Shown here one piece after another: positions 1 through 11,711 of a DNA stretch of 64,000 nucleotides (positions are counted from its first letter, which is position 1; each line of letters starts with the position of its first letter). The translations under genes and the position numbers were made by a program. The notes beneath the pieces were generated by a model. That model had not been told where the DNA came from. It did not search any database and worked only from the letters and a program-made list of their open reading frames with translations. The stretch lies in the NCBI GenBank assembly GCA_002104945.1, contig MCFH01000029.1, positions 186,001-250,000 on the forward strand, in the 5' to 3' direction. The stretch comes from Piromyces finnis finn (Eukaryota > Fungi > Neocallimastigomycota).

Positions 1-59
1 ATTAATCATTGTATTTTTTAAAAAAAAGTTAATGAATAAAGAGCATATCAATAACATAC

Positions 60-233
60 ATCTTGTGCAAATTTAACTTTTCTCATATAAAATTGTCTAA
101 TACGAGTAATTTTATAGTTTGGGTGAACGACTGTTGGTGTTTTTCTTTGGGTTTTTGATAAAACAATATCAATAAAGTCGGTTACTGTTGGAACAACAGT
201 AATCTTTTTGAAATTATAAAAGGATGATGCCAT
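60..233 (-). CDS. NOG1: Nucleolar GTP-binding protein 1, first exon (gene continues off the left edge)
   Basis: ORF 48..233 reads [53 protein letters not shown], the diagnostic Nog1 N-terminus. A GTATGT donor follows the Asp codon at 60. Confidence 0.96.
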
Positions 234-431
234 TTTTAATATTAATTTTTATATGAAATTAAAAAAAAAAATAAATTATTTTATATAAATATATATATAT
301 TATTTGAATAAATTAAAATCTTCGAAAGTAAATTTCTTATATTTAATAATACTATTTTTGAACAAAGATTTTAAATTTTATATTCAAAAATAATATTAGA
401 GTTTCTTTACTTTTAAAGAAAATATTAAAGT

Positions 432-433
<2 letters not shown>

Positions 434-486
<53 letters not shown>
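434..486 (+). repeat. Poly-A homopolymer (~53 nt) in the NOG1/CATSPERG intergenic region
   Basis: Uninterrupted A run read directly from the sequence. Confidence 0.95.
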
Positions 487-490
<4 letters not shown>

Positions 491-648
491 TTAATTATAT
501 TATATTAAAACAAAAATCAAAATATATTTGTTAAAAAAAAAATAATATTACATATATTATAATTGATTTTATAATATATTGTTTAATTAAATGTTCTATA
601 TTTAAAATTATTGAAAAAATAATTTTAAATTTTGATTTTTTGAGAAAT

Positions 649-697
649 TTAACCAATAATATATAAATCTATATATTTCTATAATCTGATTGGTTAA
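649..697. promoter_or_regulatory. Two oppositely oriented CCAAT boxes in a divergent promoter
   Basis: TTAACCAAT at 649-657 and its exact reverse complement ATTGGTTAA at 689-697, between divergent NOG1 (ATG 233, minus) and CATSPERG-like (ATG 1063, plus). A CACGTG E-box lies at ~771. Confidence 0.4.
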
Positions 698-1062
698 TGG
701 TTTCATTCTTTATATGAAGGAAATATGTAAATTATTATGTAAAGAATATATTTATACATACACGTGATAAAAAAGCAGTATATACATATGATTTTAAACT
801 TTGTTATGTAAAATTTTAATTACTAATATTAATATCAAATTAATATAATTTAATTTAATATTATTTGGTCTACAGTAGAAATTGAAAAAAAAATATATTA
901 ACATATTAACTCAGAAATGTTTTAATGAAAATTAATTTATATTAAAAGAATTAATATTACTTATAATAATATTTTTGGTTTAACATAAAATTTATAAATT
1001 GATTAAATATTGTTATAAGAGAATTAAAAGAATTATTAAAAACAAATACAAAAAAAATTAAA

Positions 1063-4000
1063 ATGAAAGTTACTAAATTAAAGCATAAATTATATATATA
1101 TGTAATAATACTAATATCAGTATGTTTTTGCTTAAAATCTAGTTACAAATGGTATATACTACATAAAACCATCATATATTATAATTAATTAATACTAATA
1201 TATTATATTTAATAGGGAAGGTGATATAATAAATTATCGTCAAGACATTGAGAATATAAAGCAAAATGAAGAATCTTTAAAATACGCAGAACTATCGGAT
1301 TCAAAAATATATTATTTAAGAATTAGAATTATAAATAAAAGTGTAAAGTATTAAGGAAATCCTTACTACATTTTTATACTCGTAATATAAATTATAATAC
1401 CCTTTCGCTCATTTAAAATTTTAATAAATAAATTATAAAGACAGGAAAGATATGTAAATTATGCAATAAACAATTAATGCGTGCAGGAGGAAAGCCAAAT
1501 GTAGTTAATAATTTAAAAAAACCAGATACTCTAAATGGTTTAATGACTTTTGGAAACGTAATTAGAGGAAAATATGAATGGTATTATCCTTTTATCACAA
1601 ATGAAATTGGGATTGATTTTTTAATTATTGAATCAAATGACTTATTACCATATGATCTAGTCAGAGAAGGTGTTGAATCACATTATTTGGCATTAGTTGT
1701 ATATTGGGATATTTATAAAACATTGCGTGTAATCATTTCACTATAATTTATTTAATTATTATTTTAATAATCTAATTATTTTAATATATATCTATATATC
1801 ATATTTAGCTTGTTCAAAAATATGATATTAGTAATTCAGTAATTCAACTAAAAGATTTAGATGTATTACATGTTGATGATATTGAATTCTTTATCAATCA
1901 CAGTTATTCACCATTTGCCTTTGGTATATTAAAAAATTATAAAACGCCTACTGCTTTAATATTATCATTAAATAGAAAAACTCTAGAAGTGGTGGAATTT
2001 GAAAACGAATCTTTAACTCAAGCAACAGAAGGTTTTTTTCTAATAATTCTATACTTACAATTATTTCATAATATTGACATGCTTATTATATATACATTTA
2101 TATAAAAAAAGGGAAGCTTAATGATTACAAATTATTATCTGGGATCTTCGATTCCACTAAAATTATTCTTAATACAACTAATGGACTTTTAATTGGAAAT
2201 TGGAAAGAAGTATAATTACTTAATATATAAATTATTATATATAAATCATATAATTAAATTATAAATTATTTAAATTGAAATTTCCAGAAAAATAATAATA
2301 GTACATTAGCAAATAATTCAGATATATCAGATATTTCATGGGTAAAAGCAAATATAAAAGATATTAAAAAAGTAGAATTTGACACCCAAGAACCACATTT
2401 GGATAAAGACTATTGTAATGTTACATTTATTTTCGATAAAAATCAAAGAATATATGTATTATATGGAGAATTTATTGAACCAGAAGAATTATTAGTAAAA
2501 TAATAATATATATATATTATAAAAAATATAAAATTATTTTTTTCTAATGTAATACCATAAAATAATTAATTATAATATAATAGGATAATAAGAAAAAACC
2601 ACTATATTTATTTTTAAATATTCCACGCGAAAAAATAGATTTAATAAGTGGAACATTAAGTAAAGAGTTTTGTAATAGATATCTATTTTTAATATTTAAT
2701 TATATTAATAATGCTTATGAAATATATGATTATGATTTGATAGTATGTATTTAAATAAATATTAAAAATATAAAGTCTTCTGCTAATACAAAAATAAAAC
2801 ATATATAATATAGAGTTTTGAATGGAGCTTTGTTTTTAGACTTAATAGTATAAATACTAATAAAGAATTACCATATGTTGTAATCAATGATGATTTATCT
2901 GGGAATTTTAAGTTGAAACTTTCAGGAATGACTTTTCAACACACTACTTCAAATGAATTATATCTATATGGTAATGCATTAATTGTAAGGTATATAAAAA
3001 TATAGAAATCAGATTTTAAATATGTAAATATACTTTTTAATATAATAAATAATAAATGTAAAATGATATCTAAGTAATACAAAATCTTTATATCATATAT
3101 TAGTTCAAATGGGGGTTATTCATTTAGTTGCATCGATATATTTAATGAAAAAGAAGATGGAATAATTGATAAATTCAAAACTAATGATGGATCTTATTCA
3201 TTTTCAACAACAATGAATGATGTAACATACAATATTTTAATATTTTAATTTAATTATTCTACATATTTATAAAATATATATACTTTTAATTACTAATAAT
3301 AAAAGGTTTGGTTTGGTAACATAAACTATGGTAGAAGTGTAAAAATTTTAAGTAGAAAGGATTCGGAATATAAAAACTACAGTCATTATTCAGTTAGTCC
3401 GATATATATTGAAAATTCTAAACTAAAAATTATTGAAATTTTTTATAATTCAACAATAAATTTCAAAATTAAAGATATTGATATTCACAACGAGTTGAAT
3501 AAATATGCATTAAAAAATGAGGTAAAATTGCATATAATGTTAAATTATAATCTATAAATTATATAAGCATTATTAAATTTTAAATTCACTTATTCAAAAA
3601 TTGAAATATAAAGTTAATATGTCCATACAAATATATTTCTGTCAATTCTACCAAAGAACCGGAAGTAGTTAGAGTGTAAATATAGTTTTTTTTTTAATAT
3701 TCTGAAATAACTATTATAATACTAATTATATACATAGTATTTTAGAAAATAAGCATTCACAACTTCCACATCACATCTATCTTGAAAAGCATCAATTTTA
3801 TAATTTTACGCTTTCCGTATATTTAGAAGATAATTACAATATTGAAAATTCAAATTTAATGTTTAGTTTAAATAATTTTAATAATATACAATTAAATGTT
3901 AATAAGATTACTGATCGTATTAATAGAAAAATTAATTATGATGTAAAGAAAAATTACTTTATTAAAATATAAGTTAAATAATTTATAATACATTAATAAA

Positions 4001-5156
4001 TTATAATATACATTTTTTTAACAAGGTTTCAATATACGATAAAGGAAACTTGAATTCTCAATATGAACCTGGAAAGAACTTGGAATTGAGTAATCTAATA
4101 ACAACATTTAATGGTTTAAATTATAAGTGCTTAATAAAAGATGATTCAAACAGTTATTCAACTGATATTGAAGTAATTGAATTTTACATTTAATTAGAAT
4201 TTATTATTTAATTATATATTATAATATCTAATTTATTATTTTATTATGCTAATTTTAAAATTTAGAAAGATTTACCTAATTTAGTTATATATTCAGGCTG
4301 TTCACCATTTCAAAATATATCAACGGTTTTTGGACAACAATATTTTAACAATTGCCCTCATAAAAATAATATTCCTTGTGTATTTTTCGAAGATAGTAAT
4401 TTCAATCTATATAATAAAATATCACAATAAATTACTTTATTTAATAAATAATTAATATATATCTTTTTTATTTTATTTTATTTTATTTTTAGCAATTGAT
4501 CCAATATTTCAAATAACAGATCTTGTTACCAATTACACAACAAATTTTACAGGATTCTATACAATAGAAGCAATTGCCGGTGGAACAAAATTAGATAATA
4601 TTAAAGATTTTTCATACAATACTAAACGCATTGTTAATCCTCGTTCAAACGCTAAAAATCTAAAATTAATATGGTCACCTTCTGATGCATATGATAATCC
4701 ATCAATGATGTCTCTTGAAAGAAATCAAATAAGGTATATAAATTTATTATATAATTTAAAAATAATGAAATTTTAGATTATTAATATAGAATATATTAAT
4801 AATTAAATTTTTTTATTTAAATTATTATCATTAGTTTTATATGTGCGAAAGGAAGTCCATGCAAAAAAGTTTTTCCAACAAAATTTTTTGGATCAACAAT
4901 ATATTACATAAAATTTAGAATGTCAACAAATCAAGTTAATCAATATAATTCATATTGTAAATTTGATATTGATTTTATTATTCAATTGTATGGAATACCA
5001 TTAGATTTTACAACTTCTACATATATTCTAGTAATTGGTTTAGGAATATTTATACTGTTTACTATTATTTTAGGACTATATATGGTTCATCAACAGTTTA
5101 AATCTCTCAGAGTCTCTGATAGTTACTCTTTAACTGAAAAATTTAAAGGTGATTAA
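1063..5156 (+). CDS. CATSPERG: Cation channel sperm-associated auxiliary subunit gamma (CatSper-gamma) homologue; multi-exon type I membrane protein of roughly 1000 aa
   Basis: Hand splicing at GT-AG sites gives a signal peptide (MKVTKLKHKLYIYVIILISVCFCLKSS) and N-terminal IYYLRIRIINKS...MRAGGKPNV...KYEWYYPF...IESN. C-terminal exons read VIYSGCSP...QYFNNCPHKNNIPCVFFEDTIDPIFQITDLVTNYTTNFTGFYTIEAIAGGTKLDNIKDFS...LKLIW...ISFICAKGSPC...YYIKFRMSTNQVNQYNSYCKFDIDFIIQLYGIPL, then one TM helix and a short tail. These align collinearly with remembered human CATSPERG (HYFDC...[50 protein letters not shown]...SLIW...IEWLCLENAPC...STYCNYQLTFLLHIHGLPL). Confidence 0.88.
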
Positions 5157-5252
5157 AATAAACTAGTTTATGACGACTATAAACATTTTTAAAAATATAT
5201 ACCCAGTTAGTATTAATAACTAAATAAACATATCATATTAATGTATTAATAT
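5120..5252 (+). repeat. Copy 1 of a ~133-bp direct repeat (last ~12 codons, stop and 3' flank of CATSPERG)
   Basis: TAGTTACTCTTTAACTGAAAAATTTAAAGGTGATTAAAATAAACTAGTTTATGACG...ATGTATTAATAT recurs at 7420-7553 with 6 substitutions and 1 indel by my count. Confidence 0.95.
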
Positions 5253-5255
5253 GAA

Positions 5256-5286
<31 letters not shown>

Positions 5287-5643
5287 TAATAATAATAATT
5301 GTGAATATTTATGGACACATAATTTCATTCATTTATATCATATATTTATGAATACACGTGATTAATATATAAAAGCATAAACATGTATTAAAAGTGTTGT
5401 AAACGTAATGTCGACGTGTTGTAGAGATAGTTATTTTTTATTTATTTTATTTTATTTGCATGGTCACATGATCTTACATCTTACTATAATAACTGTAATA
5501 TTTAACAATGTAACTTTTTCTCTTTGTTAACCTTATTAATAAAATTATTTATTAATTAAATTTATTTCACAGATTAATAGTCTCAAACCTCAAACTCTAA
5601 TCAATAATAAAATTTCATAAGAAAAATTTCAAAACAAAATTTT

Positions 5644-6537
5644 GTGGTGTTTAATATGTACCAACAATTAATTTTACCCAAAAACCAACGTCTTCATGGA
5701 AAGTCCAACTTTGACACTTGGAGTCTTTTAATCAAGGCAGCCGCTTTTAGACAGGGTCTAACTAACTACCTTGAACAAGACATTGTTGGAACCATCAAAG
5801 ACAACAGCTTTGAGATAAACCTTAGTCTCAAAGATGACTACAATATGGCTATTAAGAGGATTATTGTCGACGCCGCCTACTACCATCCTAACAGTTGCCT
5901 CGCGTCCATTTATAAAGCCCTCACTAAAACTACGGGAGAGGACATTATTACAAGCAGCAACATTGATAATAATGTTGTAGCCGCCAATAAATTGGCAAAC
6001 TCATCAATTTATAAGGCCGAGATAGTATCAGCAGTTGAAAGGCTAAATGCTGGTGTATGCCTTATGATCATTCAAAATGTGGATGAGAAAATCCTCAGAG
6101 AGATTGGTTGTAATATTAACAGTTACCAAGTATTCAAAAAGTTGTATACAAAATATGGTAATGCTAATGCAGACATCGAATACAGGCAAAAGAAGTTAAG
6201 AAGATTACATACTGAAGATGATGAAGTTGATGATCCAATGAACGTTGATTTTGTTAGCCGAGAAAACAAATCAACAAAGAATAAAAATTACGGTAATAAA
6301 AGAAATATAAACAGAAGCCACCGTACCTACTGTCATATTTGCTGTGAACATGGACACTCCACTAAAATGTGTAAATATAATCAAAAGACCAAGATAGAAA
6401 GAGAACAAAAAAGAAACAATAATAATAAGGCCTATAATCAAAACAAATCCAAAAGAAATTCACAAGGGAAGCAAGTTCACAAGAAAAAACAACAACAAAA
6501 GAAATACAGCCAAGAAGTAAATTTCGATGAAAACTAG
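5644..6537 (+). CDS. Copia-type Gag protein with CCHC zinc knuckle
   Basis: N-terminal LHGKSNFDTWSLLIKAA (Copia gag N-terminal motif), a PMNVD motif, and CHICCEHGHSTKMC = CX2CX4HX4C followed by a basic K/N-rich tail. Confidence 0.88.
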   Translation: MVFNMYQQLILPKNQRLHGKSNFDTWSLLIKAAAFRQGLTNYLEQDIVGTIKDNSFEINLSLKDDYNMAIKRIIVDAAYYHPNSCLASIYKALTKTTGEDIITSSNIDNNVVAANKLANSSIYKAEIVSAVERLNAGVCLMIIQNVDEKILREIGCNINSYQVFKKLYTKYGNANADIEYRQKKLRRLHTEDDEVDDPMNVDFVSRENKSTKNKNYGNKRNINRSHRTYCHICCEHGHSTKMCKYNQKTKIEREQKRNNNNKAYNQNKSKRNSQGKQVHKKKQQQKKYSQEVNFDEN

Positions 6538-6555
6538 GACGATAATAAAACTACT

Positions 6556-7419
6556 ATGGACAAGGACCCAGAAAATGAAAATTTAAAATTTTATGACAAA
6601 AAAGAAGAAAAAACTAAGATAAAGACTAATAGGAATTCTCAAGAAGAAGATAATGTTAAACACTCAAATTTAAAGGACAAAATGAAACTCGTTAATGATT
6701 CAAAAAGTAATTCTAAAAATAATTCTGAAAACATTGATAATGACACCGCAAATTTCAAAAACAAAAATAATAATTTAAATTCAAAATTTAACAAAAATAA
6801 ATTCACCGAAGAGATTTTAAAAGTTTTGGAAGAAATTGTAAATAACAATTGCAATTTCGAAAATAGAAATATAGAAATTTTAAATAATATTAAATAATAT
6901 TAATAATAATGACATTTACCTACATCCTGAAACACCTTGTCCTGATAATGGTAACTCTGGTAATTATTTTACTGAAAATAATAAACATCACAATATCAAA
7001 AATCTTGTTAATTTTATTAACAATAATATTGAAAATTCTATTACCAAAAATATTTATAATACCACGTTTTCTGGTGATAATAATCTTGATAATTCCAAAA
7101 TTGATCATAGTGAAGAAATTTTTATTAATAAAAATTTTTCAAAAAATTGATTCAAATATTCAAAAGAAAAATGAAAACATTTTATTGGATGATGTCTCAA
7201 ATAATCCACGTCATAATTCTAGCAGAAATTCTAACGTTACACGGGATAATTCTACCTGCTCAGGTAGTATGAATATTAATGATAATTTAAATTTAAATTC
7301 AAAAATTTCCGTCAAAAATAAGGTATTGATTTTTACCTAACCTATTCTTCTATGTTAAATATTGACAGTCTTAAAATTATTATTGCTATTGCTGCTAAAT
7401 TTAAGTATCAACATGATAT
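6556..7419 (+). pseudogene. Frameshifted remnant of Copia pol (N-rich inter-domain linker plus RT N-terminal fragment)
   Basis: ORF 6556..6897 is in frame with gag after the TAG. The N-rich frame resumes at ~6901 (NNNDIYLHPETPCPDNG...) after a shift. The RT motif with an in-frame TAA lies at ~7310-7420. Confidence 0.7.
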
Positions 7420-7715
<296 letters not shown>

Positions 7716-8893
7716 CAAAAATAATAATAAATAAATCTAATCCTTTATAATCTATTAATTTATTATATTTTTGTGTTACTTTACTTTTTATTCTTTTTCT
7801 AATAAATACATTGTATTTGCTATTTGCCTCCATTTTATCTAATGATTCAAATTTTGTTATAGATATAGAAAAATATATATTCCAATCAAATAATTTTTTT
7901 GTGTAAATAATTTTAAAAAGACTATTTAATTATAAAAAATAATAAAGTTTTTATTATAAAAAGAAGATTTTTTAAAAATATCAAAATTAGAAAGACTCTT
8001 TATTAATAATATCATATACATCCTATTTTATTATAATTAAAAGTAGAGTTTTATAAAAATAAATCTTTAAAAACAAAAATTATTTTTTGTATGAAGATGT
8101 TTTAATAAACTTTTATTATTATAATGTTAATATATAATGAATATTATATATACTATAATAGAAGTAATTATTTAATAATATTATTAATATATTAGTTTAT
8201 CTTCATAATTCCAAAGTTGTTTTTGAGTGTTATATTAATATTCAAATTTTGATTAATTATAGAATATTTTAATATATATAGTTGGTTTTCTTTAGTTTTT
8301 TTTTTTTCTAAAAAGCTTGATATCAATTTATTTTAAAGTATATTGATTAATATGATCCTATTATTACTTATTATAATTTAATCCAAATAATTAATTAAAT
8401 GATTTAATATAAATATTTCAAAAAATTATATTAATATAGTTTTTAATTATGCTAATAATCTATTAGTATTGAAAAATTTTTTTTTTTTGTTTTAATGATA
8501 TACTTTTTTATATATTTTCCTTTTTTTTTTTTATTAATCTTTTACACTAGAGTATTGTAGGATTTTATTTTATTATTTGATATTATTTTAAATTTAATTT
8601 AAAACGTTAAAATTATTTTTTAAATTAATAATTAATAATATATATTATGATATAATTTCACTAAAAAAAGTATGTAAAGAAAATGTTTAATTTATTATTG
8701 AAAGTCGGGAATAACTGGAATATTCACATATTCATAATTTGCTATAAATAAAAAAGAATTGTAGTTATTTAAAATATCATTAATAGATTTTGAATAAAAT
8801 TATTATTAATTAAATATTTTATATATTTTTGTTAAGATTACAGCATAGAAAAGAAAATAATTATTATATTATTTGTTGAAATTTAATAATTAT

Positions 8894-8925
<32 letters not shown>

Positions 8926-9051
8926 GAAATATATATATATATATAAAAATTCATCAAAACTGAAGAGATTCTTAAACCTTATAACATTGCAATTTTAAAA
9001 TGTTTCCTTTCATTTTATTAATGATTAAAAAAAATAGTTTAGATAAATAAG

Positions 9052-9087
<36 letters not shown>

Positions 9088-9537
9088 AATAAGAATTTTT
9101 TTTATTTATATGAATGGAGTTTGTTAGAGAATATTTAGGAATATAAAGTAATTTTAATATATGTTATTAAAAAGAGAATTTTATCGATATAAAATAAAAT
9201 TATTTATTAATAATAATAAAAAAAGATCAAATTTTAAAAATAAAACCTTTTACTTTATTATAAGTATAATTAACTAACTAACTAACTAACAAACAATAAA
9301 TGAACAAAAAATAAATAAAAAATGAATTAATATTAATAAATATTTTCTATAAAATATTAAATTAATTATATTATATTTTTTATTTATATATTGTAATAGA
9401 AAATTTATAAATTTAGTTCAAGAGGATTTCTATAATTTTATTTTATTTAGATTTAAATTCAAATTCAAATATATAATAATAACAGACGTTTTCTCAGTCT
9501 CAGAATTTAATAAATAACAGTATTTTTTTTATAAAAC

Positions 9538-11378
9538 ATGACTTCTTCGACTTCTAGTTCGAAGGCAATAACACCATCCATTGCAACACCTTCAAATTCA
9601 AATACAAAAAGTAACATAATTTCTTCATCAAAAATTACTGTAGAAAATGTTAATATGAATATGAAAAATTTTTCTAAAAGTAATGGAATTGAAAATAATG
9701 ATTCAAATCAAAATTCTAATTCTAATAATAATAACAATAATAACAATAATAATCACAATATAAAATTAGAAAGCCAAGTTTCTGATAATAATATATCAAA
9801 AATTAAAGAAAATAATAATAACAGTAATAGTCAAACTGGCCTTAGTGGAAACAATACTTCTAATTCTAATAATAATACTAATAATGGAAGTATGAATTCA
9901 TCAATTAATAATTTAAATATTAAAAATGAAAATTCTAATATTAAAAGCGAAAACAGAACTATAGAAAATAATTCAAACAATAATCAAAGTAATATGGATA
10001 ATGGAAATAATAACAATAACAGTAGCAATAATAATGATTCAATAAATAACACCTCATTAAATAATAACAATAATAGTGATGGTAATAATAAAAATAATAA
10101 CAATAACGATAATAATAATGGTATTAACAATAATGAAAATATTAATAATAATGGTAACGGTAATAATAATCAAATACAAAGTATGCCATCAACTCCATCT
10201 ATGACACTACCACCACCATTAAAACCGTCACAAAATAATTTCTCAAACTCTAATCAAGGTATGAGCAGAAGAATGTTACCTCCTCAACAATCTCAATCTC
10301 AACAAAAACCAATACATCATTCTCGTCATAGTCAACCGTCTCCAATTCAACCACCTCAACATACTCCAATTCAACCACATCCTAATAGTAATATAACACC
10401 AATAACACCTCAAAATCAACAAGGTTCATATTTAGGAAACCAGCTTATTCAGTCAAAATATCAATTATCATCACAACAAATTAACAGTTTGAACTTACCA
10501 CTATTAAATGTACCTGTGCCTAACTCAAAATACCTGTCTTTAAAGCATAATAAGTTTGATACAATAAAAAAGGAAATTAATATTTTAGAGGATGTTTATA
10601 ATGAATATATTGATTTAAGAGATCAAATAAATAAATTTTTGTCTGATAAAGTAGAATTACAAAAGAGTTATATTCATTTTTTTGAATTATGTTATCAACT
10701 TAATTTTGAAATTAAAAAACAGAATGATATTATAAGTAATTATCAAAATCTAATTAACAAGATTCGTTCAAAGGTTCCTCAGTCTGAGAATCAATTTATT
10801 CAACAATGTATAGAACAAATTAATAATATTAAGAAAGAGGTAGTTATTTTTAATTATCATTCTAATTTTGAAAATTATTTAGTATGCTAATTTTTTCGAA
10901 ATAATTTTTATATTGGAATGTATGAAAATCTTTAGCCATTACCACCCATGTCAAACCAAGTAAAAATGCAACCAATAATGCCGGCAAAATCAAATCAAAA
11001 TCAATCATTACGTGATATAATGGTAATTATATATTATTATTTATAATTATATATGTATGAAATAAATAAAAAATATAATATGATTAATATAATTTTATAT
11101 TAATGAATACTTTGAATATTATTTTAAAGTCTTCTTCGAGTTCAGCAAATTCATTAAGTTCATTTCAATATGAAAAGCCTCATGGTAAGACTCGTGGTAG
11201 ACCTAAATCTAAACCAGATAAATTAAAAGAAGGTTAGTATATAAATATATATAAGTTTAAACAATTTAATGTTTATTTAATATTTTATATTAACAATAAT
11301 AAAATAATTATAAATGAATAAAATAATTCATTTATATTTATAGGAAATAAACGTATAAAGTTTGAAGATGTAAGTAAC

Positions 11379-11409
<31 letters not shown>

Positions 11410-11660
11410 AATAAATAATAATAATCCCTATAATTTCCATAATTAATTATTTATTATTAAATAATATCATAAATATAAATATATAATGAATGGATTAGCA
11501 GAATATACCGTCTCATTCATCAATAACACAAAGTCCATGTACTAATATGTCAGCAATAATACCACAACAAAATCAACAAATGATGCAAGGCCAAGCTTCA
11601 AACCAATTCCAACAAATACAAATGAATAATGGAAATAATAATTCTCAATTTAATAATTTT

Positions 11661-11711
<51 letters not shown>

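Larger units (their letters stand above)
5395..7419 (+). mobile_element. Truncated, internally deleted Ty1/Copia LTR retrotransposon (putative 5' LTR, gag, N-rich pol linker, RT fragment)
   Basis: Candidate LTR 5395-5571 begins TGTTG and ends TTCACA. Gag ORF follows. At ~7310-7420 a decayed RT segment reads FRQK*GIDFYLTYSSMLNIDSLKIIIAIAAKFKYQHDI, matching Copia RVT_2 F.Q..GID..ETYSP...S.R...A.A....Q.DI. No protease, integrase, RNase H or 3' LTR seen. Confidence 0.85.

Noticed and set aside
700-1062. RFX X-box expected upstream of ciliary genes (also upstream of MOK)
   Set aside because: No convincing GTTNCC..GGNAAC-type palindrome found by eye.
6909-7340. 143-aa hydrophobic ORF and the antisense ORFs 6639..6854 and 6920..7108
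   Set aside because: They are alternative frames of the frameshifted N-rich Copia pol linker; the hydrophobicity is a compositional artefact.
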